Shown piece by piece: positions 7,947 to 19,100 of a stretch of DNA of 32,000 nucleotides. The notes under the pieces are model-generated. The model had not been told where the DNA came from, did not search any database, and saw only the letters and a list, made by a program, of their open reading frames with translations. Position numbers and translations under genes: made by a program. The stretch is taken from assembly GCA_016933055.1 (NCBI GenBank), contig JAFGBS010000026.1, positions 14,211-46,210 of the forward strand, in the 5' to 3' direction. This DNA comes from Promethearchaeota archaeon. Lineage in GTDB: Archaea; Asgardarchaeota; Lokiarchaeia; Sigyniarchaeales; Promethearchaeaceae. Position 1 is the stretch's first letter. Each line of letters begins with the position of its first letter.

Positions 7947-9497
7947 ATGACATCTTCTAATCAAAAACCTAACGTATTATTCATAATCTGCGATGCATTA
8001 CGTGCTGATTACTTGGGATGTTACGGTAATCCCGACATACAAACTCCGAATATTGATAGATTAGCGAAGCAAGGCATGCGGTTTGTGAATTATTACGCTG
8101 CAAATCCGATCTGCATGCCTAATAGAGCCTCTTTATTGACTGGGCAATATCCTAACACTCATGGAGTACGCTCAAACGGGATGATTATGGATGAAATGAT
8201 TCCAACACTAGTGAAAACACTAGCTAAACGGGGGTGGCATACCGCTGCAATAGGGAAAATCCATCATCAATTCTGGATGGGATCGACTAGTCGAAAATAT
8301 AAATCTGCGGAAGACATTGCCTCATGGGTGATGAAACCCGAACAACAAAAACTATATCCCGTAGCTGAGAACTTTCCCTTACCATATTATGGATATGAGG
8401 AAGTAGAAGTGGTGAGTGGAAACGGATGTATTTGTTCAGGTCATTATACTAAATGGCTTGAAAAGAAGAATTCAGAAGTTTCTCAAGAAATAATAACCCG
8501 TTGCTATGATTTTCGTCAACTTTTTGATTTATTCTGTGCACCGATTGCGGAGGAATATAATAGTTCCACTTATATTACTGAACGAACTATAGCATTTCTT
8601 GACCGAGTAGCAAATAAGAAATATGGAGACAAACCATTTTACCTTCATTGTTCATTTAATGATCCTCACTACCCAATTTATCCTCCTGATCGACTACAAG
8701 AGAGATATAAAACCAAAGATATGCATTTACCTGAGAATTTTAACGATAAGAACAATCTCAAGAGCCACAAATATTTGAGTAATTTTCTATATACCAATCC
8801 AGATGCGTTTTTCAAAAAAGCGTTTCTAAAAGAAACCCATGAAGAAGAATTAAAGAAATTAAAAGCACTTACCCTAGCGAGTATTGCCTATGTTGATGAA
8901 TGTGTCGGAAAAATACTAAAGCATCTTGAAGATGTTGGACAAGCTGATAATACAATCGTCATTTTTACGAGTGATCACGGAGATTTAATGGGTGATCACG
9001 GGTTATTGTTCAAGGGTCCATGTCCCTATGATGGAATTATGAAAATTCCACTAATATGGAGGAATCCCGATATGATTAACTCAGGTATTGTATGTGATTC
9101 CTTTATCAGCTCGGTCGATTATACTCCTACCCTTCTCACCCTCTTAGGGGTAAAACCGAAATTCCATCCTCCTAATATGCAAGGATTTGATATGACTCCC
9201 TTATTTCAAAATCCGAATAAGGAAATCCGAGAGCACTGTTATATTGAAGCAGATGAGGAAATGAATCCAATGGTCTCTCGTTTGCGTCATTTAATAACAA
9301 AACAATTCAAATTAACCGTTTATGAAGAAATGCCAGGTTTTGGTGATTTATATGACCGACTTAATGATCCTCTCGAATTAACTAATCTATGGGAGCATCC
9401 CAATTATCAGAAAATCAGGGTAGAATTGGTGGAAAAATTATTGTTTGAGGTTTTAAAAAATCAATCAAGATTTCCAAGAAGAATTGCAGGCTCTTGA
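7947..9497 (+). CDS. Sulfatase (Cys-type, choline-sulfatase/arylsulfatase-like)
   Basis: PNVLFIICDALRAD, signature CMPNRASLLTG (CxPxR), GKIH, FNDPH, FTSDHG. Confidence 0.92.
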   Translation: MTSSNQKPNVLFIICDALRADYLGCYGNPDIQTPNIDRLAKQGMRFVNYYAANPICMPNRASLLTGQYPNTHGVRSNGMIMDEMIPTLVKTLAKRGWHTAAIGKIHHQFWMGSTSRKYKSAEDIASWVMKPEQQKLYPVAENFPLPYYGYEEVEVVSGNGCICSGHYTKWLEKKNSEVSQEIITRCYDFRQLFDLFCAPIAEEYNSSTYITERTIAFLDRVANKKYGDKPFYLHCSFNDPHYPIYPPDRLQERYKTKDMHLPENFNDKNNLKSHKYLSNFLYTNPDAFFKKAFLKETHEEELKKLKALTLASIAYVDECVGKILKHLEDVGQADNTIVIFTSDHGDLMGDHGLLFKGPCPYDGIMKIPLIWRNPDMINSGIVCDSFISSVDYTPTLLTLLGVKPKFHPPNMQGFDMTPLFQNPNKEIREHCYIEADEEMNPMVSRLRHLITKQFKLTVYEEMPGFGDLYDRLNDPLELTNLWEHPNYQKIRVELVEKLLFEVLKNQSRFPRRIAGS

Positions 9498-9518
9498 ATA
9501 AAAAAAAAGATGAGAATT

Positions 9519-10403
9519 TTATGATATGACTCCATTCATCATCTCGAACACTTTGTAAAGACCGTGTGTTCCTAGGTTTTCCAATCCAACTGCCATCGCG
9601 GCTTTATAGAATTGATACACTAAAGCAAGCCCTGGTAATGATAAATTCATTAAATCTGCTTCCCGAAGTGCAATTTTCATATCCTTTACAAAATGCTTGA
9701 TAAAAAATCCGGGGTCAAAATTACCTTTCACGATTCGAGGACCTAGGTTATTGATTGACCAGCATCCTGCAGCACCACTCCCAATCACATTTATTACTTC
9801 CTGTAAGTCATTTCCTGCTTTATAGGCATATAATAAGGATTCCACTACCCCAATCATCGTTCCTGCAATGAGAATTTGATTGCTCATCTTGGTGTGCTGA
9901 CCTGCGCCTGCTTTCCCCATATAGGCGATATTCTTCCCCATATTCTTAAATAAAGGGAGAACTTTATCGTATGTTTCTTTATCTCCCCCTATCATGATTG
10001 CTAAAGTACCGTTTTTTGCTCCAACATCTCCCCCCGAAACGGGTGCATCTAACGAGGAAACACCTTTTTTCTTTGCATGTTCGTAAATTGTTTGAGCTAG
10101 TGTCGGTTCCGAAGTCGTCATATCCACAACGATTTTTCCTTTGGACGCACCCGCCAGTACACCATCCTTTTCCATGTAAACTTGTTCAACGTCTTTCGGA
10201 AAACCCACTATGGTGAATATAATATCTGCTTTCTCTGCTACTTCTTTCGAGTTATCGCACCATATTGCACCCAGTTTTAATATCTCCGTTGCTGTGCTTT
10301 TTGTTCGAGTATACACATGCATTTCGTGGCCATCTTTCATAAGATTTGCACACATGCTCTGCCCCATAACACCTAATCCAATAAATCCTAGTTTCTGTTT
10401 CAT
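9519..10403 (-). CDS. NAD(P)-dependent beta-hydroxyacid dehydrogenase (3-hydroxyisobutyrate / 2-hydroxy-3-oxopropionate reductase family)
   Basis: GFIGLGVMG Rossmann motif, DAPVSGGDVGA and catalytic GQHTKMSNQ. Confidence 0.92.
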   Translation of the reverse strand: MKQKLGFIGLGVMGQSMCANLMKDGHEMHVYTRTKSTATEILKLGAIWCDNSKEVAEKADIIFTIVGFPKDVEQVYMEKDGVLAGASKGKIVVDMTTSEPTLAQTIYEHAKKKGVSSLDAPVSGGDVGAKNGTLAIMIGGDKETYDKVLPLFKNMGKNIAYMGKAGAGQHTKMSNQILIAGTMIGVVESLLYAYKAGNDLQEVINVIGSGAAGCWSINNLGPRIVKGNFDPGFFIKHFVKDMKIALREADLMNLSLPGLALVYQFYKAAMAVGLENLGTHGLYKVFEMMNGVIS

Positions 10404-10483
10404 GAGTTAGCTATCGCTAAATGGATTAAAAATTCTCGTAATTTTAATATGTATGTGTATGTGTATATATTATTGGATATCTC

Positions 10484-10699
10484 ATGACAACGAAAACTAT
10501 CTCCATAAAAAAAGAAGTTTATGATATTTTGATTAGTATGAAGAGAATGAATGAGAGTTTTAGTGATTTATTCCTTCGGTTAGCAGAAAAAGAAAAACCG
10601 ATGACTATTATTAAAGATATTATCGGAACGATGGATTTAGGAGATACTGATACCCTTATTCAAGAAATCCATAATCGTTGTGAGGATTGGCGAGGATGA
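10484..10699 (+). CDS. vapB: VapB-type antitoxin (DUF217-like)
   Basis: TKTISIKKEVYDILISMKRMNESFSDLFLRL matches archaeal VapB antitoxins; its stop overlaps the PIN gene start (ATGA at 10696-10699). Confidence 0.85.
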   Translation: MTTKTISIKKEVYDILISMKRMNESFSDLFLRLAEKEKPMTIIKDIIGTMDLGDTDTLIQEIHNRCEDWRG

Positions 10700-11088
10700 T
10701 TGTATTGGATACCGACGTGATAATCAAACTTATTGACAAGAAACACACCCCTTTCCAATCAGTTCTCATAAATAAACTCGAGGAAATTCAAGATGAAGAT
10801 ATTGTAACTACAGCATTAAATTTGGAGGAACTACTTTATGGGTTGTGTAAACGGAACAAGATTATTGATTTTTCCCATCCCATTTTCCGATTGGAGGTTC
10901 TTCCCTTTAATGCGGAAACTGCTATGAGGGCAGCACAATTAGAACATTATCTCCAAAAAAAGGGCAAGAAGAAAACTCGAGGAGATATTTTAATAGCATC
11001 CATCGTATTGGAACAAAATGCAACTTTATTTACTTTACATACAAAAAAGTTCGAAGACTTTGAAGATTTATCTCTTGTGAAATTCTAA
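10696..11088 (+). CDS. vapC: VapC PIN-domain ribonuclease toxin
   Basis: MIVLDTDVII, NLEELLYG, GDILIAS acidic PIN residues; translational coupling to vapB supports the start at 10696. Confidence 0.88.
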   Translation: MIVLDTDVIIKLIDKKHTPFQSVLINKLEEIQDEDIVTTALNLEELLYGLCKRNKIIDFSHPIFRLEVLPFNAETAMRAAQLEHYLQKKGKKKTRGDILIASIVLEQNATLFTLHTKKFEDFEDLSLVKF

Positions 11089-11154
11089 AAGACCTAAATT
11101 CTCACCTAACAACTATATTATATGCCAAATGAACATATAATAATGTGAAAAATA

Positions 11155-12891
11155 ATGAGTGAAATCGAATCCGAACAGACAGTTTCTGAAGAACTTCAAT
11201 TCGTATACAGGAAGGAATTATGGTTTGCGAATCTTATTATTAATTCTACTCAAATTGACATGAAGACTATAGTGCACAAACTTAAAGAATTCCTCGTAAC
11301 TAAGTTGAAAAATCTCACTAAACAAGATATTCCCAATTGTGCTTGGAGCAATGATCTCCAAAAGAAAGTATTGGAGATTGCAAAACACTTAACTCTCACT
11401 ATTTCATGGAATCCCGTACTTCTGAACTTCCCCTTTCAAGTAGAAAAATTGACCTATAATCAAGCGGGTTTTCTGGAATTTGATGTGGAATATTTTAAGG
11501 GAAATTTAGAACGGAAAAGGCAATTAAAACCATGGATTTTACATGAAGTCCCGATATTCATCTTGACTCAGCTGAAGGAATATTTTACTCAAATTGATTA
11601 TGTCATAGTCGATAAGGATCCTATGTACATGGTTGCGATTGCAGATCGGACCGAAGAAAGGGGGTTGCGAGTAGAAGTACCTTGGACGAATATTGAAATG
11701 GAAAGACAAAAAAAATGCATTTTCCAATGGATTTCATTATATTCAGGACGATGGGATGATTTTCGAGATTCTTATTTGGAAAATACTGTGGAGGGGAATT
11801 TGGCTTATCGAAAATCGGAACTTCATTATATTCGAGATGAATCTGCATTTTTTTATATCGCCGAGTCAGATTTCAATGAATTTTTCGAATCTTACTATAA
11901 ATCCCGCATAATTAGAACGATTGGGGAAATCAGAGCGTTTCAAAATGCGATAATTGCCGTAAATAAATCTATCGATGAGTTAAAAACCAATATCAATACT
12001 GCCGCTTACTTTAAATTGGAAAACGTGACTTTAACACTTTCAAAATTGGAGTATCTCGTGGGTGTGGTGGACAGCAGAATCAGTGAAATAAAAAATGACT
12101 TAGAATCGAACAGATATCGGTATTATAAAAAGGTGCTATTACATCTAGTTGAAATTATGGATATTGAACAGTTATCCGAACAATTACAGAGCAAAATTAG
12201 CCAAATCTCCGAATCCTTACAAAATCGCTATCGTAAAATACAACAAGTAAGTCAAGAACAACTGGAAAAATCTACTTTCTTCCTAAATATTCTTTTCGGC
12301 CTCGGATTGTTCACTGATATAGTTGCACTAGGAGTAACCTTTGTATTCGCTTTATTCGGTGATCCTGGACTTGAAAATACGATTATATTACTTTTATCGG
12401 GTATTTTTGGATCAATTTGTTTGATACTCATCTTTTATATTACCCATCGCATCATACGATTGCGAAAAAAGGATTCAGGGAAAAATCCGATGCGGACTGT
12501 GGATGCAGTTATTATTGATGATAACAATAGAATTTTATTAATAAAAAGAAGATGGGAACCATTTAAAGGAGCTTATGCTCTTCCCGGAGGATTTATTGAG
12601 CTTGCAGAAGAGCATATCGACGCCTTAGTGCGAGAAACTCGAGAAGAAACGGGTGTGGAATTACAATATGGAGAAATGCAATTCATCAAAGTATTTGATG
12701 ACAAGAATCGCGATCCTCGTGGTCCAGTGCATTCATACGCTTATCTTTGTCGAGTGGATGATATTGAAGAACGGACACGTAATTATCATGATAAAGGTCG
12801 TTTACTAATCATTCATATTAACGATTTAAAAGATTTTAAACTCGCATTTGACCATAGATATATAATCAAAGCGGCATTGAAGCGAGTTTAG
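11155..12891 (+). CDS. CorA-like cytoplasmic domain + 2 TM helices + C-terminal Nudix hydrolase (ADP-ribose-type)
   Basis: Nudix box GFIELAE-x7-RETREETGV plus RDPRG and LAFDH from about 12490; two hydrophobic helices at about 12277-12450, preceded by long amphipathic helices as in CorA funnels. No GMN motif. Confidence 0.7.
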   Translation: MSEIESEQTVSEELQFVYRKELWFANLIINSTQIDMKTIVHKLKEFLVTKLKNLTKQDIPNCAWSNDLQKKVLEIAKHLTLTISWNPVLLNFPFQVEKLTYNQAGFLEFDVEYFKGNLERKRQLKPWILHEVPIFILTQLKEYFTQIDYVIVDKDPMYMVAIADRTEERGLRVEVPWTNIEMERQKKCIFQWISLYSGRWDDFRDSYLENTVEGNLAYRKSELHYIRDESAFFYIAESDFNEFFESYYKSRIIRTIGEIRAFQNAIIAVNKSIDELKTNINTAAYFKLENVTLTLSKLEYLVGVVDSRISEIKNDLESNRYRYYKKVLLHLVEIMDIEQLSEQLQSKISQISESLQNRYRKIQQVSQEQLEKSTFFLNILFGLGLFTDIVALGVTFVFALFGDPGLENTIILLLSGIFGSICLILIFYITHRIIRLRKKDSGKNPMRTVDAVIIDDNNRILLIKRRWEPFKGAYALPGGFIELAEEHIDALVRETREETGVELQYGEMQFIKVFDDKNRDPRGPVHSYAYLCRVDDIEERTRNYHDKGRLLIIHINDLKDFKLAFDHRYIIKAALKRV

Positions 12892-12955
12892 CACCTGTAA
12901 ATATATTTCGCTTATTTTACTTTTTTTCACTTTATCTGAGTTATATTGATGCTTT

Positions 12956-14956
12956 TTAATCCACTTTAAGTAATTTTGCGTTAATTGCAACGATAATTGT
13001 GCTTAATGACATAAGTATAGCTCCAATTGCAGGAGAAATGACAAAATTCAATGAAGCTAAGACTCCAGCTGCAAGTGGGATCGCAATAACATTATATCCT
13101 GTTGCCCAGATTAAATTTTGCACCATTTTACCATAGGTTGCCTTGCCAAATTTTATTAGAGAGGTCACATCTTTTGGATTACTATTTACTAAAATTATAT
13201 CCGCAGTTTCTGCTGCTACATCGGTTCCAGATCCAATTGCTATCCCAACGTCAGCTTGTGCTAAAGCTGGAGCATCATTAACTCCATCCCCTGTCATTGC
13301 AATAAATTGGTTTTCTCTTTGTAAATTTTTAATCGTTTCTTGTTTTTCATGAGGTAATACTTCTGCAAAATAACCATCTAATCCAAGTTTATCAGAAACA
13401 TTCTTAGCTATCTTTTCATTATCTCCGGTTAACATCCAACATTCAATACCTTCTTTCTGTAAATCCGATATCGCTTCAAATGACTCCTCCCTTATTTTAT
13501 CAGATAAATTGATAACTCCCACTAAATCTTCATTAATAAGAACAAAGACACTAGTTCCGATATCCTCGTTCATTTCGTAATTCGGAATAGTGATTTTATT
13601 TTCTTTCAGATATCCGGGACTTACTACCTTCATTTTTCGATCATTTATAGTCCCTGTAATGCCTTTACCTTTTAACGCCTTAAAATCATCTACAGTGTTC
13701 AATTTAAGATCAAGTTCTCTCGCTTTTTTTAGGATTCCCGTAGCTATTGGATGTTCAGAATTTTTTTCCAGAGACGCTGCATATGATATGAGGTCTTCTT
13801 TAGAATACTGTTTATTAAAGACAATAATTTCATTTACTGAAAATACTCCCTCCGTTAATGTACCTGTTTTATCAAAAATCACTTTGGTAATTTTTCTGGA
13901 ATTTTCAAATGCAGTTCGATTTCGGATTAATAAACCATTCTTAGCCGATAGAGAGGTAGAAACTGCCACAACTAATGGAATTGCCAACCCAAGTGCATGG
14001 GGACAGGTAATCACCATCACTGTTGCCATCCTTTCAATAGAATAAGCAATAGTTTCTCCCAAAATCAACCAAACAGTTAGTGTAACAATACCTATAGAAA
14101 TGGATATGATAGTTAACACCAATGCTGCTTTGTCAGCAAGATTCTGTGTTTTAGATTTTGTTGCTTGCGCTTCTTCTACTAGTGTAATGACTTGTGAAAT
14201 ATACGAATCCTTTCCAGTTTTTTCAACTCTCACATGTAATGATCCCTCCCCGTTAATAGATCCTCCTATTATCTCATCACTTTCTATTTTATTTACAGGG
14301 TTCGACTCACCGGTTAACATTGCTTCATTTATCGCGCTTTCTCCTTTGATAATTACACCATCAGATGGGATTTTTTCTCCTGGTTTGATCAATAATATAT
14401 CCCCTTTTTGGATCTTTTCAAGGGGGATATCTTCAGTTTCACCATTTTCCTTTATTTTATGGGCTTCTGAAGGCAATAATTTGACTAATTCTTCTAATGC
14501 TTGGGATGCTCCTAAAATAGATCTCATTTCTAACCAATGACCTAATAACATAATATCAATTAGAGTTACTAATTCCCAGAAAAAGAAAGTCCCTGAAAGA
14601 CCGATTACTACCGCCACACTATATACATATGCTACTGTTATTGCCAGAGCAATTAGCGTCATCATTCCTGGTGCTTTTTTCTTGATTTCCTTGACAAGCC
14701 CCTTAAAAAATGGCCAACCTCCAAAAATGAAAATAATGGACGCCAATCCGAGTAACACATAATTCTTATACAGAAAAGTAATTTCGTAATTTAACCACTC
14801 TTGTATTGTGGGTGATAAAAAAATAACTGGGATTGTCAAGACCAAAGAAATGAAAAATCGTAATCTAAAATCTTTTATCATCTTTTTATGGTGTTTGGAC
14901 TTGCTTGTATTGTGTTTTTTTTTAGAATTACTTTCATTTTTTTTATCGTTTGTCAT
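12956..14956 (-). CDS. copB: Copper-exporting P1B-type ATPase (CPH subtype)
   Basis: TGES, CPH in the TM helix, DKTGT phosphorylation site, SEHP, GDGVNDAP, GYN and MSLS motifs; short His/Lys-rich N-terminus with no HMA domain. Confidence 0.92.
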   Translation of the reverse strand: MTNDKKNESNSKKKHNTSKSKHHKKMIKDFRLRFFISLVLTIPVIFLSPTIQEWLNYEITFLYKNYVLLGLASIIFIFGGWPFFKGLVKEIKKKAPGMMTLIALAITVAYVYSVAVVIGLSGTFFFWELVTLIDIMLLGHWLEMRSILGASQALEELVKLLPSEAHKIKENGETEDIPLEKIQKGDILLIKPGEKIPSDGVIIKGESAINEAMLTGESNPVNKIESDEIIGGSINGEGSLHVRVEKTGKDSYISQVITLVEEAQATKSKTQNLADKAALVLTIISISIGIVTLTVWLILGETIAYSIERMATVMVITCPHALGLAIPLVVAVSTSLSAKNGLLIRNRTAFENSRKITKVIFDKTGTLTEGVFSVNEIIVFNKQYSKEDLISYAASLEKNSEHPIATGILKKARELDLKLNTVDDFKALKGKGITGTINDRKMKVVSPGYLKENKITIPNYEMNEDIGTSVFVLINEDLVGVINLSDKIREESFEAISDLQKEGIECWMLTGDNEKIAKNVSDKLGLDGYFAEVLPHEKQETIKNLQRENQFIAMTGDGVNDAPALAQADVGIAIGSGTDVAAETADIILVNSNPKDVTSLIKFGKATYGKMVQNLIWATGYNVIAIPLAAGVLASLNFVISPAIGAILMSLSTIIVAINAKLLKVD

Positions 14957-15128
14957 CTCGTTTAAACTAGCTAAATTTTCTTTTTTAACCTACCTTTTAT
15001 AATTATTATAATGTATTTTACTGAACTCTGAGCATAATTATGTAGATTATAACTAAGATATATAAGATTGGAATCTAAAGGTTATTCAATTTGGCGAGAG
15101 ATAGAAAAAAAAAAAGATTCTGTGAAAT

Positions 15129-16091
15129 TTAATCAATACTAGCGTTGTAAAGATGATCTAACTGCGTTATAGCGATTTCTTGATTGATTTGCTTTCTTTC
15201 CATCTTATCCATGACAATATTGACAAGATATTTAGGTATAAATCGTTTCAACTTTACGTCCGTGAAAATTACATAATGTGGTTCGGGTTTAGTCTCAATT
15301 TTTCGAAGATATCGGTTGCTTAATAATTTATTGACTATCTCCTCTTCTGCAAATTCTAAAATTTGTTCCATTGTGAGAGGTTTTTTCCGTAATTCATAGA
15401 ATAGCTTCTGATATTTAAAATCTGAAAGAATACTCATTCCCATCTGCATTTCACGTAGTAAAAATCCTGGATCATCAGTTACACGAGTTTTATAGATTGT
15501 CAAAAATTGTTTTACACTCTTTTTATATTCACTATGGTATTGGAGGAATTTTTCATTTGTTGATAAATATTTATCCGTTAGTTTCGAGGGGATTCTAAAA
15601 ACAATGAAATCTCCCACTAGATAATAAACCTCATGAAAAGTGTTTTTCAGAAAATTGAATTGAATTAAACCAGCTCTGATCAGTGGAATAAGGAGAAGAT
15701 TGAACTCAGCTTGAGAAAAATCTTGCATCTCACTCATTATTTTGAAAAGTTCGTCATCCTTTAGTGGACCGTTCCGTAAATTCTTGTAGATTTCATATCT
15801 TAACGGGTCGTTATAAATTGCATTCAATGCTTCCAGTTCAGTCATACGGTTTAACACTTGGATTTCCCGATTTTTCTCCCTTGCAATTTTCACATCACTA
15901 TATGATCTGGCATCCCTTACATTAAGGTGATAATCAAGGAATAACATTAGGGCATGCTGAGGATCTCCATGAACATCAACATAGCCAAAAGGGTATGACT
16001 CCCGATCCTCGGCTAAATCTGCTGGAACAATCACCTCAACTTGTTTATCGCAAATATTACAGAACGCGCTAATTGATTTTGTTTTTGTCAT
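15129..16091 (-). CDS. Hypothetical protein with N-terminal CxxC/His module and helical C-terminal domains
   Basis: FCNIC...YPFGYVDVHGDPQHALMLFLD N-terminus; GGAGG Shine-Dalgarno adjacent to the stop of the upstream large gene (11-nt gap), suggesting an operon. Confidence 0.7.
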   Translation of the reverse strand: MTKTKSISAFCNICDKQVEVIVPADLAEDRESYPFGYVDVHGDPQHALMLFLDYHLNVRDARSYSDVKIAREKNREIQVLNRMTELEALNAIYNDPLRYEIYKNLRNGPLKDDELFKIMSEMQDFSQAEFNLLLIPLIRAGLIQFNFLKNTFHEVYYLVGDFIVFRIPSKLTDKYLSTNEKFLQYHSEYKKSVKQFLTIYKTRVTDDPGFLLREMQMGMSILSDFKYQKLFYELRKKPLTMEQILEFAEEEIVNKLLSNRYLRKIETKPEPHYVIFTDVKLKRFIPKYLVNIVMDKMERKQINQEIAITQLDHLYNASID

Positions 16092-16102
16092 TTGATGTCC
16101 TC

Positions 16103-19100
16103 CTATAGTAATTGATCAATCTCCTTGTTGATTATATCTGAAACGAGTGCATCTCTTGTGAATTCTGTGCGGTTTTTTATTTTTGGCAAATTCAGCAAGT
16201 TTTTCTTGATAAAACTTACGTTTCGTTGAAACTTAGATAATTTAATATAGCGATTGTAAATGAGCAGACTCATCACTCCAAGTAGTGCCGTACCTGCAAC
16301 AGAACCTGCTATCCACCAATATAGATTCCAATTTTGGGGAACAACTACCGTAATTAGGAAAGATTCATCCTCTCCATTTGGATTCGTAATTCCGATATGT
16401 AAACTATATGGATTGATCCCAGGATTCAAACCGAATTGATCCAAGTTAATTGAATAGGTTCCATTTTCCAATGAGATTATGTTTCCCGCAATACCATCAA
16501 TGTACGAACTTATGTTAGCATCAGTTACATACACTCCATGACTCGAATCATAAACTGTGATATAGACCATATTGGAACCCCCCTCAGATAGAATTATGCT
16601 ACTTGACGATAGCGTGACCTCAAAAACAACAGGTTGAATTTGGATGTACAAATTATATATTTGCGTTTGTACACCAGGTGCCTGAGCAAAGATTTGACTG
16701 AAATATATTTTTGGTTGTAAATCGGAAGTATCAAAATCCATAGTGTAAGCAGTTCCATTCCACATCAAAGTACCTTCGATATCTCCGATTAAGGTAATTG
16801 TTCCACCACTGAAACTTAAACCGTTAACACGATAATCCACACTGATTGTTACTTGATCACCCACGAAGAATTCTACCGGTTCATCATTTAATAAAAATAA
16901 TTCTGATGATACAGGTTCGATTAAAACCGTAACGAACAGACTTCGGGTTTCAAAACCTAATCTACTGATTTGAATTATAACAGTATATTGACCTAAATCA
17001 AGACCGGTGGTATCAAAGTCTATAAAGAATTCGTCATTTAGTTCTGTTATATTTGAATTTTTTAACCATGTAACGATGCAGCTTGCACCACTGATTAGAG
17101 TACCTGTATCGAAATAGGTGTAGTTTACTTTTATTGAAAATATTTCACCTTGTTCAATTGTGATTAAATTTACATTTCCCTCGATAACAGTGGATATGGG
17201 ATCTACCAATACTGTAATAAATACATTCTTTGTTTCAAAACCCGTTTTATTTAATTGAATTGTTGCAGTATATTGATCTAACGTAAGATCCGTTGTATTG
17301 AACAGTATTTCGAAGCCATCTGTTACGGGAGTGATTTCATAGTATTTCACCCATGTCACTGAACACGTTGCACCTGAAATTATTGCTCCCCCGTAATATT
17401 CAGTATAATTGACTTTAATTGAAAATTGATTCCCTTGAGATACTCGAATGAAGGTTCTATTAGCTGCGATTGCAGTCTGAACCGGATTAATCAATACTGA
17501 GATGATTATGCTTTTAGTTTCATATCCTGATTTATTTAGGTTTATAAAGGAAGTGTATTGATCCAAGGCTAACCCAGTTGTATCATAATCAATAATGAAC
17601 TCATCCCCGATAACAGTAATATTTGTATCCAATGTCCATGTTACAGAGCAAGAGGCGTTTACTATAAGAGTTCCTAAACCAGTATCGGTATAATTTACTT
17701 TAACACTGAATGGTGTGCCTTGAGAAATCTCAATAAATGTCGCATTTGCTTTAATTATTGATTGAATCGGATTTACTTGTAACAGAACAATATCAGATGC
17801 TACACTGTAATTTGTTTTATTAGCTTCAATATTAATTATAAAAGTTTCCGGAAATGAACCAGAGGTGACTCCATACGTTGATACGTTCAATTGATAAGAA
17901 CCATTATTGTAATTGGTTATTTCATAGGGTGCCATCCAGTCAGTTGAAATATTTGCTGGATGTAAATACGCTTCGGAAATATCTCCTGTTAAATTAAATT
18001 CAAATAGTCCATATGAATTCGCAGATACAATGTTAACTTGTCTGGGAACTTCCAAAATCATTCCTTCCCTTTCAATATTAAGCTGTACCATATTGGACGC
18101 GGTTTGATTTATATAATATGATTTTGAAGCATTAAATGACAGGTAATAATCTGTATAGTCCAGTAGACTTGTATCCAAATCTAGAAAATAATAACCTGAG
18201 CCTATGTATTGTAAATAACCCGTTTGTTCAAATGTGGAGTTGTATTCCACCGTAGCAAGATCGATGCCTTGCCCGGTATCTGTATCTTCATACTTTACAA
18301 TAATCAGTAAGGGTTCACCTGGAACAGTTTCAATTATAGAATCTTGAGCTGTTAATTGGGTATGGTGTATTACGCTGAAATCAAACGTTCTGTAACCTAC
18401 TTTATCTACATACGAAGCGGATAAATTATTAGTCCACGCAACTTCTGCAGTATACATCCCAATCGACATATTAAAGGTTCCGATTGTGAAGTTTCCGTAA
18501 TATATTTCAGTGGATGATGGTTCAAAAGATTCTTCATAAAATATTGTCCCATTAGGATGGTATAAAGTAAAATTGATAAGTGTGTTCGTGAATATAACCG
18601 TGTTGTTTATGTTAACTCTGATATGAAACTCTTCATTCACGTAGAAATCCGATTTCTCCTCAAAAGAAACTCCATTCCAAAATTCCAGTTTCACTTCATC
18701 AAACCAACTTTTACTACGTGCTTGAATCTGCCAGTCTCCATTAGAATAAACGCTGGTGGGAATAGTAAAATCTGTTGTTCCATATCCAATATCTGTGCAA
18801 ATTGATGTTCTATTTGTCAAAAAAGGATCTACTGCACTTATTATCTGCCAATCTTCTGGTTTTTCTATTTCGATCCATCGATACAAGTAAGTCACAGGGA
18901 TGAGGGGAGAGACATCAAATTCCCATAAAATATCATTTGAATTTGTAAAAATTCCATCTTGAAATGTAGAAAAGGATGAATTAATACTTTGTGTTAAATT
19001 AGCTGATATCGTTAGCTTATCAATTAAGATCGTATCATAAATACTATCACTGATAGTAAAACTAACATCTTGAGTTACTGGATAATTTTTTTGCACATTT

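Noticed and set aside
3734-12891. A contiguous defence island (SIR2-TPR, vapBC, CorA-Nudix)
   Set aside because: The genes are separated by metabolic genes in mixed orientation and no mobility genes or att sites are visible; kept only as a functional hypothesis.
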